Shown here: piece by piece, positions 37,001-51,408 of the stretch
How the letters are laid out: each line of letters begins with the position of its first letter
Position numbering within the stretch: the stretch's first letter is position 1
Assembly: GCA_965202585.1 (NCBI GenBank)
Contig: CBDBBG010000218.1
Span: 1-64,000, forward strand
DNA: 64,000 nt
Direction of reading: 5' to 3'
Source: Thalia democratica
Taxonomy: Eukaryota
Notes under the pieces: generated by a model
Told to the model about the DNA's origin: nothing
The model's database searches: none
What the model saw: the letters and a program-made list of their open reading frames with translations, nothing else
Position numbers and translations under genes: made by a program

Positions 37001-38861
37001 ACAGTGTTATGGCTAAGCAATAAAATACTTATTTTAAATAGATGCGCTTTAAAAAAATACGAACTAGGGAGATTTAATTCTTTTAAATTACTAAACAGCA
37101 AGTTTGTGCTTAGATAAGACATTAGCAAACATAATGTTTGGTAAACACAACCTTGTAGACCAAAAGTTTGGCTTAAATGGCACAACATAAATTACAGCTG
37201 AAAAACAAAACCTTTAAACTTATAAAGCCTCTAAGTGTATTTCAACTGTAATTATTACTTGAAAGAAACAGTTTAATTTTTTAAATTCAAAGATAAATAT
37301 ATGTTGTTTGTGACATAAAACTAGAAATAATCATATAAACCAGCACAAAATGATAAAAATTAATGATTAAGTATTAAGAATTTATTGTAATTTTGATACT
37401 AGTTTAATTAAATACGCAGCAATTAAATAAAAAAAAGAGTTAATTGCCACATACATATGTGTTATTTAATTAAGAGGCACCTTATCCAATATTTTTTATG
37501 ATGCTATGATTACATTACTTTATCGATACTTCTTACGTAATTAAGGCAGAATACACAACTTACCTTAAAAAAATCTACCAAAACTAACCTTTTAAAACGA
37601 CTTGAAAGTTCAATAAAAGATAAGAATAATAGTAGTAGACTAAATAAAGAAATAGTAGAAACGAGCTAGTTGGGCTACATAAAGCCCAAGCGTAAACTAC
37701 AGTTTTAAGACAAGTGTACCCTTGTGTTTACATAGATTAAATCAGTAAGAAAATATAAAATCTTTCAATTAAATGTAGACGCATTACAAACATACGAATT
37801 TGAGGATACTAAATGCTTTTAAGCAAAAATATAATTTTGACAAGACAAGTAAGTATAATATGCTCATTCTTGTATACAAAAAAAAAACTTTGCTTAATCG
37901 TACTACAAAAACTATTCTTAAAAAATTATAAACAAGACCTCAAAAATAAAACAGTTACTTAATTGGCGTAACTGTGTTCAGTTAGAAAACAATTATTTGA
38001 AGCTGGTCAATTCGCCATTTTTAGTTTAGGTAGAGACAGTTTTATAATGTAAACATATACAAGGTTGTCACATATCGAGTTGAAAAAAATTTACGGATTT
38101 TTGGATTTAATTCAAAAATACATAAACAATGACTTGAAATTATGTGAAATTTTTAATCTTAGTTTTTTATAAGTTTTAACAACAGTTTATGATTCAATCA
38201 TATAAGTTTTCCATTGCACTATTTGAATCATATGTATATTATTAATGTATACGCAATAAAAAGCTCTACAAGCAAAATACTTGTATCTTTACCACATAAT
38301 AAATACACACATGAGGTCATAGAAGATTTTAATTTGTTCCAAAAATTCAACTAAACCTTGAAAAAAAATGAAGTGCAATTTTTTTTGGAAGTAACATTCT
38401 CAAAATGCAGTTTATAGTGATGATAAGCTTTCATATTAACAGCATGTTTATATCAAATTTCATGACATCTTTAAAAACCCCTACTTTTTCCTGATTTTGT
38501 GGTACCATGTATATAACGGTTAAGTGTAGTACAGACCGTGAAACTATACTTTTTAAAACGGGATGGTAACTTTAAATAGACATTTTATCTCATTGAATTT
38601 CGAGTGAAATAAATATTTTTTAATGCAATAGATATAACAGTTAAAACAAGCGCAACAAGATGATAATCAATGATAAAACCATAAGAGTTGGTTTTAGTTT
38701 GAATATTTGTTTAACTTAAGTTTAGTAAGGGAGTGTACAAAATTATATGAACAAAACTGTTTAATTAAGAAACACTGCTCTATCAAATTAAAATAGTAGG
38801 AAAACAAACAATAACGATTGTTTAATATCAAAATTAATTTCATCAAATCAAGACTTATGAT

Positions 38862-39151
38862 CAGGGTTGCAACAGGATTTCTTCTAGATTTTCAAATTAC
38901 ACGTTTATTGGTCTATTTTTAATTAAAAGTTAAGTTTAACGTAAAAAAACTGTGTTAAACAGTAAAACAACATTACTGTGAAGCTACTTTAAATGTATTT
39001 TAAAATAAATAATTATAGATGACAAAAAGTATTTATACATTTGATAGATTGTTCGCGTCGAATCAAAATTTTACTACTTAACATGTAAAAATTGTTTAAA
39101 ATTCAAGGTTTTTTCAAAATTTCACAAGTTCCAGGTTTTTCGGCAACCCGG
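38862..39151. mobile_element. Probable decayed hAT-type MITE, unit 2
   Basis: Identical to 10895-11184. Confidence 0.5.
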
Positions 39152-40206
39152 CATGATCTAAATTTTACAATAAACATAAAAAGTAGTTATTAGTATCAAT
39201 AAAGTATTGTGAACTTTTTACAATATAGATCACAATAAAAGTTTTTGACTAAATAATAAGGAGAACAATCAATTCAATATCATAAATTTTGTTAATAAAA
39301 TAATGTTTCACTCGTTTGAACTAAGTCAAACGAGACCAGGCAATAAAACATTACTAGTTGGTTACCATATATGCTTAAATACAAGAAATTTATTAAAAAA
39401 TATGTTATTCATTGCTTATTATGCATATGTAAGTGGTAGCAAGCATCCCTGCAATCATAAACAACCAATAAATAAGAAACATGGCAACTACAACAGACGA
39501 AAACACAAAAAAAAAATTAAAGCAAGTTGTTTAAATGAACTAACACTTTAGAATATACACAAGGTTGATCAACGGAATCTAGGAAGTTTGAAGTACAAGT
39601 AAACAAAGTTTGTCTGTTAGATCTAATTAAAGGATGAGTAAGAAGTTATACATAAAAATAAACTAGTAAATCTTGATGTTATTCATCCATTATTAGAAAG
39701 TTATTTGCTTTAAAAGATAGTTTATAAATATAACTTGCGTGCATATTACATAAGAAGCAAAACCCTAATAAATTATTAAAAAAAGAGACTTATTATGACG
39801 TAACAATACGGTAAAATAAAAATAAAATTTAAGGACTTAATGTGAAAAAATAGCTGAAAAAGAAAAGTTCGTATAATTGATGCAGATTATTTTTTAAATT
39901 TCCTACCTTTATGTGGACAAATTAAGAAGAAATTATTTTATTTACTATTGTACGATTAACGCAAATAATTTGTAAATTTACCTAATTTTGTGTGGACAAA
40001 TTAAGACGTAAATAGTTTGCAGAAAACAAGTGGCTCATATTAATTTATATCTGTTAATTAATTTAAATACTAAAATTAGTCTGTTCTATCTAATAACTTC
40101 TAGTGAAAATAAAGTTTAGTTGTGACTTAGAAGTACTAGCACATTTACTCGTACATCCAAGTCATAACTCAAGGAGGTGCCGACCAGCATAGTGGCCGGG
40201 CCTAAA

Positions 40207-40311
40207 GGACAAGAATTAAAAAAAAACTAAGGGCAGGCCGGGGAGATGACAGGTGCGAAGCACCGTGTCATCGACCGGCCGTAGCCCTTTGTTTTTTTTT
40301 AATTCTTGTCC
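40207..40311. repeat. 105-nt hairpin, unit 2
   Basis: Identical to 12240-12344. Confidence 0.95.
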
Positions 40312-43300
40312 GCTACCTATAAACTTACTAATCAAACTCACCAATATAAAACCACTCAGTCAATAACTAAAAAACTATCAACCGATATTACCGTCAGGCC
40401 TTTAATGGTTATACACTGATAAGTTAGATCACATAAGCTCAAGGTTAGTAAAAGATAACAGATAAAGACCGTACAAATATACAAACGTACATTTGTTTGG
40501 CAGTTACGCTACTCACGGTCCATTTGACAGAAAAAGGTGGCCTTCAAGAAAAAAGGCCGTGGAGAAAAAGGGAAAAGGAAAAATGTGAAAAATTTCGCGG
40601 AGCCGGCGAAATGCCTTAAAAAAATTATTTTAAATAATCTTCATCAAAAATTTCCCATCGATTTTCGGTTTGGGGGATTCCCCATATTGAAAAAATGGGT
40701 GGCGGGCCGTAAAATTTATCGCGTACCTTGTGCGGGTGGTGCGTACTCTTTAAAGAAAACCTATAGTTGCAACAGAAAAGGTTCTATTAAAAAACTAGTG
40801 CGTACTCCTTAAAATGCGTACCTTAGAGATGTATTTATTTTGTTAAAACCACACACTTAATGGTTATGGTTTAGAGAGCCTAAATTTAATGAATATAGTT
40901 TCAGATATTACATCATCCTACTTAGTTACCTAATATTTTACAAATACATAGAAAACAGTTCATCAATATCATAGATAAGTGTACTTTTTTATGACAAAAT
41001 GTACCAAATAAAAATAGAAAGAATAATATGAGTCTAAATGTGTACATTGACAAATCTATTTATATGATTGAACTGTATCCTATGTATATTTAAACAACAG
41101 TCACTTAACTTGCTTATGTAAATTGATTTTAATTAGTAACCTTTTCAAAACAGTATAAATCTTAAATTTTTCAATATTAGATAAATGCTTGAGATTAGAC
41201 TAAACAGTTTAAAGTTTTTTAATTTGAGTAATAACTGTAAATTTGTTTAACTTCGATTCTATACTGTTACAGTATATCATTTTACTTGTCATCATCTTAC
41301 ATAAGCTAAAGTTTTCCATGACAGTTAAGTTTGTCTCAATATTGTGTGTTTCTTTAAGTGTGCATAGAAATTAAAGGAGCTTGATGTTTTGAATTTATCA
41401 TCTCAATACATTGTTACAAACTAAAACAGTTAAACCACACTACTTTGTGTCAATAACATATGTAGTTCTTTTCAAAGTTTTTCAAATGCTTGCATCTTAA
41501 ATACTCTGCATTTAACACCATTTAACTAATATTTATATTGTTCCAAAATTTAGTCTTTACATTTGTCATATACATAAAAAACAGTACAGCAAGTTGTTGT
41601 CAAAAGCTTATTAGTGCAAACATATGAACAAAAGAAGTTGTTGATAGATAAAAGAAGAGAAAGAAGTTAATGATAGAAGAATAGAAAAATTAAACAAAGG
41701 TAAGAACAATCCTCATACACATATGAATTAACAACTTTTAAATTTTGCTTGCTGTGAACTGCTTTGTAAATATATGAATGTAAGCTTAAAATTTTGGAAC
41801 TTTTTTTACTAGCAAACTTAATCCTCATATGGTTCAACTGTTTTCTTTCGTAAAAAATTTTATTAATAATAACAATTTGTTTTATAATTACTCTTGCCTA
41901 ACATGTTTCATGCACACTTTGAAAAGTACTTTTTATTACAAATTATTAATCTATGAACACATAAACTACATTAATACAACCAGAATTTAAATTTTATGCT
42001 GTAAATAAACTTCTACACTTAGCTTGCTGTCTCTTTGGGCTTCATTCATGAATGCAACACTTCTTTATACAAGCTTGTAAAATTTAACACAAGTGCTGCT
42101 ACTTTTTAATGATTTTATTTATTCCCTTATTTAAGTTTTCTTTTAAGGTAACCTAGCAATTTTAGGAGAATGAAGCCCAACACGACAAATATATGTTTAT
42201 GGTATAAGCCAAGTTTACAACTCCATGAATAGAAAGTGCTAGTCTGAATTTGTGCAAAACTTAAATAACATCTAAAGCTTAATGTTACTCAAGGATGAGC
42301 ACTCAAAAAATTTTTAAGTGACAAAAGGACTCACCAATTAACAAGTAGAAAATATAATTTTTTAAGATTTATTATAATATCCTATAATATTTAATTTTGT
42401 TAGAGACTCAACTAGTCTGGCTGCTTGAAATAGCAAAAAATACTAAGTTTTGCACAAATTAAAACAATCTAATTAACTATTAAACAAACTAACCTCAACA
42501 GCTGCTGTAGTAGGTACTCATCATCCAATCAGAATCCAAAGAAGTGTGATCTGAACTCTGCATGTAGGAAAAAGTCACAGTAACAACGTATAAAGACAAA
42601 GGATTTGAAACAAGCTCAGAAGTTTTAAAACTTTACTGAGGTTCAAAAGACTTTCAAAAAGATTTTTTTGAGCTTTTTTCTACCCAGTTCACTTTACAAT
42701 GGTGTTTCAAAGATTAAAAAAACTGAGATGCAAAATTTCAAAGCCTCTTGATGATCTTTTTTAGCATGATGTAAGTGCATTCTTAACATGTCATGCTTGT
42801 AAATATAAAAGTGCTTTATATGATGAATTAGAAGATAAAGTAAAGAGTCATTTCAAAGGTTTTGCATAAGAAAAACAATACAGATTATCAACATAAACTT
42901 TCAAGACTGTTGATTCCCAAACTAGGTCTTAAACTTACACTCACTCAGTGAAGAAAAATAAGAATTATAGAAGATAAAATGAGCAACAATTATCAAGTTT
43001 TATCTTCAACAGTATTGATAATCAAATAGAGTTTGCTTAAGTATTCCACAAAGCTCACATAAACAGCATAAAAAAAGAAAAAAAAGTAAAAATTTACACC
43101 TACAGCATCCAGAGCTCTTACTACTACAAGTGCTTTTCTCAAAAGAATTTTCATTGAAAAAAATTATTTTCTAAAATACTATTTTAGTGTGATGTCACAA
43201 TAAAATGTAAGAATTTACAGAATTTATCAAAAACTACAAGTTGAAACACTATGTTAGCATAGCAGGGTGGTTTTTAGCTTTTTTGAACATAAAGTACTTT

Positions 43301-44664
43301 ACATAACTTTATTTCTACCTTTTTTACTGCATTAGTGATAGTTGGTTAAACGTATTGTTTAATATTTAAGCTACAGTAATTCATTATGCTCATATAAATT
43401 ACATTGACAACTTTATTTAAGTATATGAATTAAGTATTTAACTCTAAACTTTACGAAATTGTTTTTTATTTGTTTTTAAGATGTTTAACACCTAACAATT
43501 TGTATAAGATTTAATATATTTAGCTTAAAGCCTTTAATTTCATCAGGTTACATTTAACTTTTTCAAACTCATTTCAGTAATAATTTAGTTCGAATCGTTT
43601 TGCCATGTTTGCCAAAACTACTGAGTTTTTGTAGTCATTGATGTAACAACTTTTTAAAGCAGGTAGAAAACAAAAAGCCATATTGTTCATAGTGAGTGAA
43701 TGCTAAATAAAGACACAATTAACAAAATATTTTTGTATGACTGTGAAAAATAACTACTTATATTTGAGTGAAACATATTTTATATCAAACAAAACCATCA
43801 TTACATTATGATATTTCAAGTTCAGTTTTAAGCCACAAAAATGATAAGTTTAAATTTTTCTAAAGTCTTTATTTGTTTTAATTAACTAAATAAGTATTGA
43901 TATAATACTGCTGTAAAAACTTCTTATGTTGCTAGACTAAATTGTATCTTAGAACTTAGTCTAGTTTTGGAAAGTTATGAACATTAACTACTTGTGAACT
44001 GTATTTAAAATGTTTCATATATATGAACTTTAGTGCTTATAACTACTTAAATTAATCTTTACTAAATTAAGTCTTTGAAGCATGCAAACCATACAACTAT
44101 TTATATGAATATCTTAAAGTACAAATTAATTTAAGTAAACAGAAAAATTTCATCAAGGTACCCAACACAAGTAAAAGCTTAGTATTAACAATATTGTTAA
44201 ACTTCTAACAGAAAATATATTAAAATCAACTAAATCTCATCACCAAAAAACCTTATATGAACTGAGCAAGCCTATATGGTATTATGAGAAGGCTGATCTG
44301 AAGAAAACATCTAGTTTTGAAAATGCAATTCCTTCTGAAACCGAGTTAAGATATAGGAGTGAGGAACCCAAGATCATACAATAATTTTTGTAAGTGATTT
44401 TTATTAATTATTTTATTCTATCACAAGTCAAAGTTTATTTTTGAAAAGGGCTGAAATCTTTCAGTTTAAAATTCTTTGAATAGATTATGATTCTAAGTTA
44501 TTCACAAGCTTGTAGCCAATTAGAAAGTGTGTTATTAGTTTTAGTTGTATGAACATTTATTCTGAATAAGAATATGTAAAAGTTAGTCCATTTTTGACCA
44601 AAATAACAATTTGTAATTCTTTGCCCCTAAGGTAAAAAAAAAATAAACTCTTTAAATTGTAAAG

Positions 44665-47600
44665 GAGGAGGAAGAGAAGCAAGCCACTAACAAAAGACGC
44701 AGGACTTTGGTTGACGGTCCGGTGTTAAATGAAAGTGACACTGCTTTTGGTGACATATTTGAAGAGGGAAATGTTAAAGGTAGGCGATTTAATTGTTTAT
44801 ATACTAATAGTTTTCGTTATTATAGATTGCATAAATATATGCAAACAGATAATTTATAAAATGTTGTTGTCAATATAAACTTTTATTTGTTTCATTGCTT
44901 ACTTTTTTTGTTGTAGTAGTCTTCATAACTTTTTTACTAATATTATAGAATTTCAGAATTTATTACATTTAAAATGTACATTTAACTTTTATGTTTTCAT
45001 AAATTTTAAGATATTTAGATCCTTATCATGTTTTCATTAATTTACATAAATAAGCAAAATTCTTTCATATTTAAGGGCATAGGGTGATAAATCACCTTTT
45101 CACAATTTAGTCTTATTTTATTGAGTTTTAACTAAGCTTCAAGTTGCTTTTTACATGTTTTTAAAACTCAGAAAAATCTTTGAGATACAGCAGGTCAAAG
45201 TCAGAAGCAACAATTGGTTACTTATGGGGGGCGCAAACTAAAACAACAAATAACTAGAAATCACTAAAAATTCATCTTCTACGTTTTTTAAGATAACTAC
45301 CTCAAATTTTTAGGAAATGGTTCTTGCAATATTTAGAAAATTTTGTCAAAAGAAAATTTGAAGAAATTAAAAAAATAAAAATTTTATGATAAAAAACAAA
45401 ACTGTTTTTGCGGTTATAGTTTGCACCCCCCATAAGGAACCTAATGTTGCCCCTGACTTTGGCCTGCTATGTCTCAAATACTATTTTAAACTTTAAAAAT
45501 CTGTAAAAAGCATTTTGTAGCTTATTTAAAACTCTTTAAAATAAGACTAAATTGTGAAAATAGTGAATAACCCCCTATGTCCTTAATTCAATTTTGTGTA
45601 TAGGTTTTTTGAAGCTTGGTTCTTACTTCATTCCAAATTTTGGTATTTTTTTCAATAATTTAATGTTATCACCAAATGAGTTTTTCTGGTTTCCTTTAAT
45701 TTAGTCTTGCTTTATTGAAAAAATAAAATACTATTTTATAAATTTAAATTAATTAAACATTTTAAATAGAATGTTTTGAAACTATGTGCTTAAGATTTAA
45801 GGGCATAGGGGGTGATCACCTTGATTTTTACAAGTTGATTTTATTTTATACAGTTTTATCTGCGCTATCAGTCATTTTTAATCGCTTTAATAAACTCAAA
45901 GTAATTTTTGATATAAAAGCAATCAAAGTCGGTGATGTTAATAAGTTTCTGATGGAAAGCACAAACTAAAACCGCTTTTTGAAAAATAAAATTTTCATAA
46001 AAAAAAAAACTTTTTTATTTTTTTTTTTATTCTAAAAATTATATTTTTTCATATTTTGAAAGTTGCAACATTTAAAGCCTTTTAAACTATAAAATGATCG
46101 TTTCCTGAAAGTCTGATGTCTCTAGCTCAAAAAATAAAGAAGAAGATAGATTTTTAGTGGTTTTTCAAATTTCTGAGAATATTGAATACAAAAAATTGCG
46201 GTCTAAACATATTATCAGAAGCTTTATACAAAGATTACAATATATCAAAAGTTAAATATGATTTTTTAATTCTATAAAAACTGGCTTGTAGTACGTACTT
46301 TCATATGTGGCTTTCATATAAGATTTAATGTTATTTTTAGTAAAAATAATCGTCAGACACTACCCTATGCCCTTAAACTTGTTTATCATAGTTCAAGAAC
46401 GTTAAAACAAATATTATTTTATAGTTTGTTAAACGATACTAACTTTTCAGAACTAAACTTTAACTAAGCTATGTTTTCTTCTATTTTAGAAAATAATTCG
46501 ATTAGTTTGTTTAATTAATCTTATTGCTTTTTTATATAGCAAGTTTTTGACTGTAAATGATAAATAAGTGTAAATTAGACTAAACACAAAACCTAATCTA
46601 AGAACACTATTAATTACAAAAGTTTAATCATTTAAAGTTGTAAAGTAATTAAGTTAAAGAAGTTTCAGTTAAAAAGTTATTCTCTTATATGAATAACAAA
46701 AACAGTGTTAAGTGTTTTAGTCGAATATATTAAAGAAATTCAGTTACTATTTACTTTTTAAAATTTGATGAATATAATTTTTCATCCTTTAACAAATAAA
46801 AAACCTTGAGTTTAGAATTAACTTTCTTATTTTCAGGCGACCAAATGAAGAGAAAGATGGAGATGCTTGAAAAGAACAAGAAAACGTTGCAGGCCGAACC
46901 GAGCAAGCCGGAGTCGAAGCGCATGCAGATGAAGGCGCTCGCCATCAAAAACAACAAGGAAGCTTCCAAGTGGGACGATCACGCCCAGCTGATGTGGCGG
47001 GAAGACCACATAATGTTCCCGCCAAAACAGAAGCCGCTGAGGAGCAACTACCTGGGAAAGATGGGGGCAAACTCGAGAGGTGGGGTTTTAGTTGTATGGA
47101 TTTTTTATTTTGAATATTCTTTTTAAGGTATTATAAGTTTATGGAACTAGAATTTACGCTGATTTTTGTAATTTAAACAGTTTATTACTACAAATAACTT
47201 TGCAGGCATTATAGTAAGCTATTTTTAATGATTTTTTGAGATTAGGTCGTTCAATATGCTTAAAAATGAACTATAGCACTTTACTTTAAACTTTTTAATT
47301 TGAGTATATCTTTATCATGTGAACCTATATTATTAGTAAGTAACTTAAATTGTCGGAATTTCAAAAAAAAAACTATAATTACAACTACTCAAAAGCTTAT
47401 ACTGTGCGCATTTATTTCTCGGTTGTCTAATAACTTTTACTCCAATACACGCAGTCACAACAGCCAGGAAGCCGGTTTGCGATTTGGAAGCCCAACTGAT
47501 GGCAACGTACGGTCCGAAAGATAAGGAAATCGACCACGGCAGGTATGTATACGTAGCGCATTTGTAATAAATATACATGTGTGTTATGAGTAGTAGGGTG

Positions 47601-50600
47601 CATGACTATTTAAATTCTTGATTTATTTTAAGTTCCTTTTTTAGTGGTTTTTTATGTAATACAATGTTTACCGATCTTATGTTTTTTATCAATTTAAACC
47701 GGACAACTTTAAACAAATTGTTTCACAAGGTGGCGGGGACTGACACTAAGGGACAAGGAGGCGCTAGAGAGGATGTCCGAGCAGGAAGCGAGGGAGAGGC
47801 TGAAGCAGCTGCAGAAGAACAGGGTCTTCATGGGAAGGATGCAGCAGATGTACAAGAGGACCAAGAAGATCAAAAGCAAGAACTTCAGGAGGGTGCAGAG
47901 AAAGAAGAAAGAGAAGGTTCGAATATATAATTTCATAAATCAGTTTCACTTTTTTATAATTATTTATTGGAACAATATAAAGGTCATTTTGTTGTTTAAT
48001 GGTCGAAAAGTATTTTTTATAAAGAAATTTTGAAAGATAAAGTTGTTTGTTCTGTTATTAAGTTTTAAATGACTGAGTGAAATTTTTATGAACAAAAAAC
48101 CATTGTTTTATTAAAAATATCTGAGCAAACATAGTTTTAAAAATACAATTTATTTAAAGTAATTACTACTGATTTAATATTTTTAATGGTAATTTAAAAA
48201 ATTATAGTAAATTATAAAGATCCAACATTTAGAAAAAAAATCAACAGGAGCAGCAGAAGTTGAAGGAGCTGCAAGGGAGCGACGAGGAAGATCAGGAAGA
48301 CGAGGAAGAGGAACACATGAGAGCGAGAGCCAAGGAGAGGGCTACGTTGGCTCACCGGGGGCAGGGAAAATGGCACAAGAACAAGGTTGGGTTGTAATCT
48401 ATTTAGGTGTAATTAAGTTATTCATATTCTTATGTTAGTCATTAGCAATTTTATCATGACGGGATAATGCAGAAGAACAAGGTGAATTTTGCAATGTAAT
48501 TTTAAATAAATACAACGATGTTAGTGGTTAGAAACTTTATTCTAAATAGAAGTTAAGTAACAAACTAAATAATTACTTCAAAATTTAAAATGGTTTATGC
48601 ATAAGTTTTGTAACAAAATTCAAAATTTAAGGCGAAGATTGCCAAATACAATGAAGACGTCAGGGAAAAGATGAACGCCGAAGCCGACCGGCACAAGGAA
48701 CTTATGAAGAAGAGAAAGGTGTGTTACAATAATAAATGTATTTATAATTTCTTAAATAAAATGATAAGTATAAAATGTGTTTGGTTTGTTTGGTGTTTAT
48801 CGCATCAATTGATTTGATGGCTCGTTCAAAATGTTTATGAAGTGTTTGTTGAAGTTTAAAAAATAACGTAAAGGTTCTTTATTCAATGGAGTTAGAAAGT
48901 TTACTTAAAAAAATTTATCAGGTTGAGAGTGACAGCAGTGAATCGGAGGAAGACGACGACGATGAAGGAGAAAATGACAATGTTCAGCAAGAGGTTGTGA
49001 AACCGCTGAAGTCTGATAACAAGTGGCTGGCAGCTGAACAAGATGACAGTGAAGAGGCTGAAGGTTTGTATTTGTTCTTGTTTGTTTAATAAGAACAATT
49101 AATTAGAAAGTTTAAAAAATTATTTGCAATTTAACTTTGAAACTAAAACTTTACAGCCAATTTTAGTTTTTTTAGAATCAGTTATTTTACATCTGAAAAT
49201 TCTAATTTTTAACAGATTAAAGTTAAATTTAAAGGCTATGTCCAAGTTTTTATAATCTGTAAATAATAAAATACTCGAATGAAATTTAAAACTTTCATTA
49301 AAACCAAAAAGGTCAAGAAGAAGCAGACAATCATGCTCAGGACAGCGAAGCGTTAAGGAACGAGCAAAAGTTCACCAGCGCGTTGGAATCACTGAAATCC
49401 TTGCAAGCAGCAGAGGAGGTGGTGAAGGCGGCCAGGGAGAAGCAGGAAGCCGAAGAGAAGGAAGAAAACACGGTGATGGTGCAAGTTGAGACGGAGGAGG
49501 CCGGTTTGGACGGAGAGGGGGAAACGAAGATGGTGGCTGTGGAAAGGAAGGTTTGTTATGATGACGATAAGGAAATATTAATTTGTATAAATTAAATCTT
49601 AAAAAAAATAAACTTTGTTGTTCAAACTAATAAATGTATAATTTCTTCTCTAAAAGTTGAGACATCTTTGTTTGTTTTCTTAAAATCAAAACACATAACA
49701 ACAAACGTATTCATGATTCTCAAACGTGATAGTTTCAATTCAGCGACTTGTTTGTTTTTTGTAACAAGTGATTCAGCAGGAGGAAGTGTTGAAGCCGGTG
49801 AAGTTGCGCGACGGTGAAGAGGAGCTGATCGTCGTGGGAGGAGGGAAGGAGGTTGAGGAAGACGTGGACGACCTCATGAACGATTTCGTTCCGGGTGAGT
49901 GCTTTTTATATTAAATATCTTATCTGTCTTTTTGAAGTTAAATTATAAACTTTACAACGTTTAAATACGATGAAATTTTAAAAATGTTTCAAAAAATTGT
50001 TTAACTTCAATTTAGAATGACTTTTTCTAGAAATCTTTCCTTGATTTTTCACTTGCCCCCAATTTACCATATTTTTTGGTAAAACCCATACATGATGTTC
50101 AATTTTTTTCCACAGACAAGAACGCGGGGTTGATCGAGGAGGCGTTCGAGGAGGACGACGTGTGGGGGGAGCACGAGAAGGAGGAGGAGCGGAAGAGGGA
50201 GAAGGAGATGATGGAGCTGGACATGCCGGGGTTCGGTACCGGGTGGGCGGGGGAAGGGATCACCCAGAAGAAGAAGAAGGCCAAGGTTGTTTGGTTGCAG
50301 ATTGATTAGAATATGATTATTTTTTTATATTTTTCTTGATATGTTGTAAGATTTTTATTATCACGGCAATTGTTTTGAGAACTTTATATTTATTTTTGAC
50401 ACCTTTGTCAAATAAAGTATTCAAGTTAAAAAGAGTAAAGTTCGCATTGCATGAATTACAGAACGAAAAAACAATCGAATAAATAGTTTTTGTTTAAAAT
50501 TAAGTTTTTCAAATGTTGTTTTATGTTGTAGAAGAGGAAGATGAGGGATGTGGAGAAAGAGAGGAAGAGCTTCGCGTGGATCCCGACCAAACACAGAGAT

Positions 50601-51408
50601 CTCGGTTTGACCAAGATGCAGGTTTTTATTGAGTTCTTGATGTATATGGCTGGGGTAAAATTATTTGTTTCTCATTTAGAAGTTGCTGAAATAGCTACAA
50701 TGTGCGCATCAAAGCTTTTTTTTTATTAATTTTGTTTTATGCTTATTATTATTTTATTATTAAAACTATTATATATTTAATTATAAGCTAGTTCTAAAAG
50801 CTCCTTTTTGCCATCATAACAAACAAACGTAAACAAACCAACGCGCAAACAGGTGCAGCAGATACCGTGGGAGTACCACAGGGACGTCCCCGCTTTCGAG
50901 AGGTCACTGGACTACCCAGTGGCGAGGCAGTACAACACGGCTCTCTCGCTCAAGAAGATCAACCGGCCCAAGATCGAGACTGTTTCAGGTATGCACGTTG
51001 TATTTGTGTTTAGTAAATAATCTAAAAAGGTTGAAAAAATATCTAGTGTCGAGCACATTCGTTGCGATACAGTGTCAACTAGTAGATTACGGCCGGTTCC
51101 AAACATTTTTTTTTTCTGTTTACAATTTAAACACATTAAAGTTAGTTTTAGATAACGAAAATTACTCTTGTCAAAATAAAAATTAATGATTATCAACAAA
51201 CAAGCAAACGAAGGCTTGCTGAACCTACGACCCTGACAAAGGAAATTAGATTAACAAACTTTTTACAGGCAAGTTCATCAGTCCAATGCACCCGGATGTA
51301 GTGAAGGTGGACGTTGGTCAGAGTAGAAGGAGGAAACAGCAGAAACTGCAGTTTGGCATGACCAAGAAGCAAAAGCATTATAAGAGGGTGGGAGAGCTCG
51401 GAAAGTAA
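44665..51408 (+). CDS. UTP14: U3 snoRNA-associated protein 14, copy 2
   Basis: Same exon structure (first exon +27967, others +27970). Differs in the second exon by I>M (atc/atg), R>K (agg/aag) and two synonymous changes. Confidence 0.93.
45075..45582. mobile_element. Foldback MITE, unit 2 copy (right TIR mutated to CCCTATGTCC)
   Basis: Corresponds to 17108-17615; TTAA flanks. Confidence 0.83.
45801..46372. mobile_element. Second TTAA MITE, unit 2 copy
   Basis: Corresponds to 17834-18404. Confidence 0.85.
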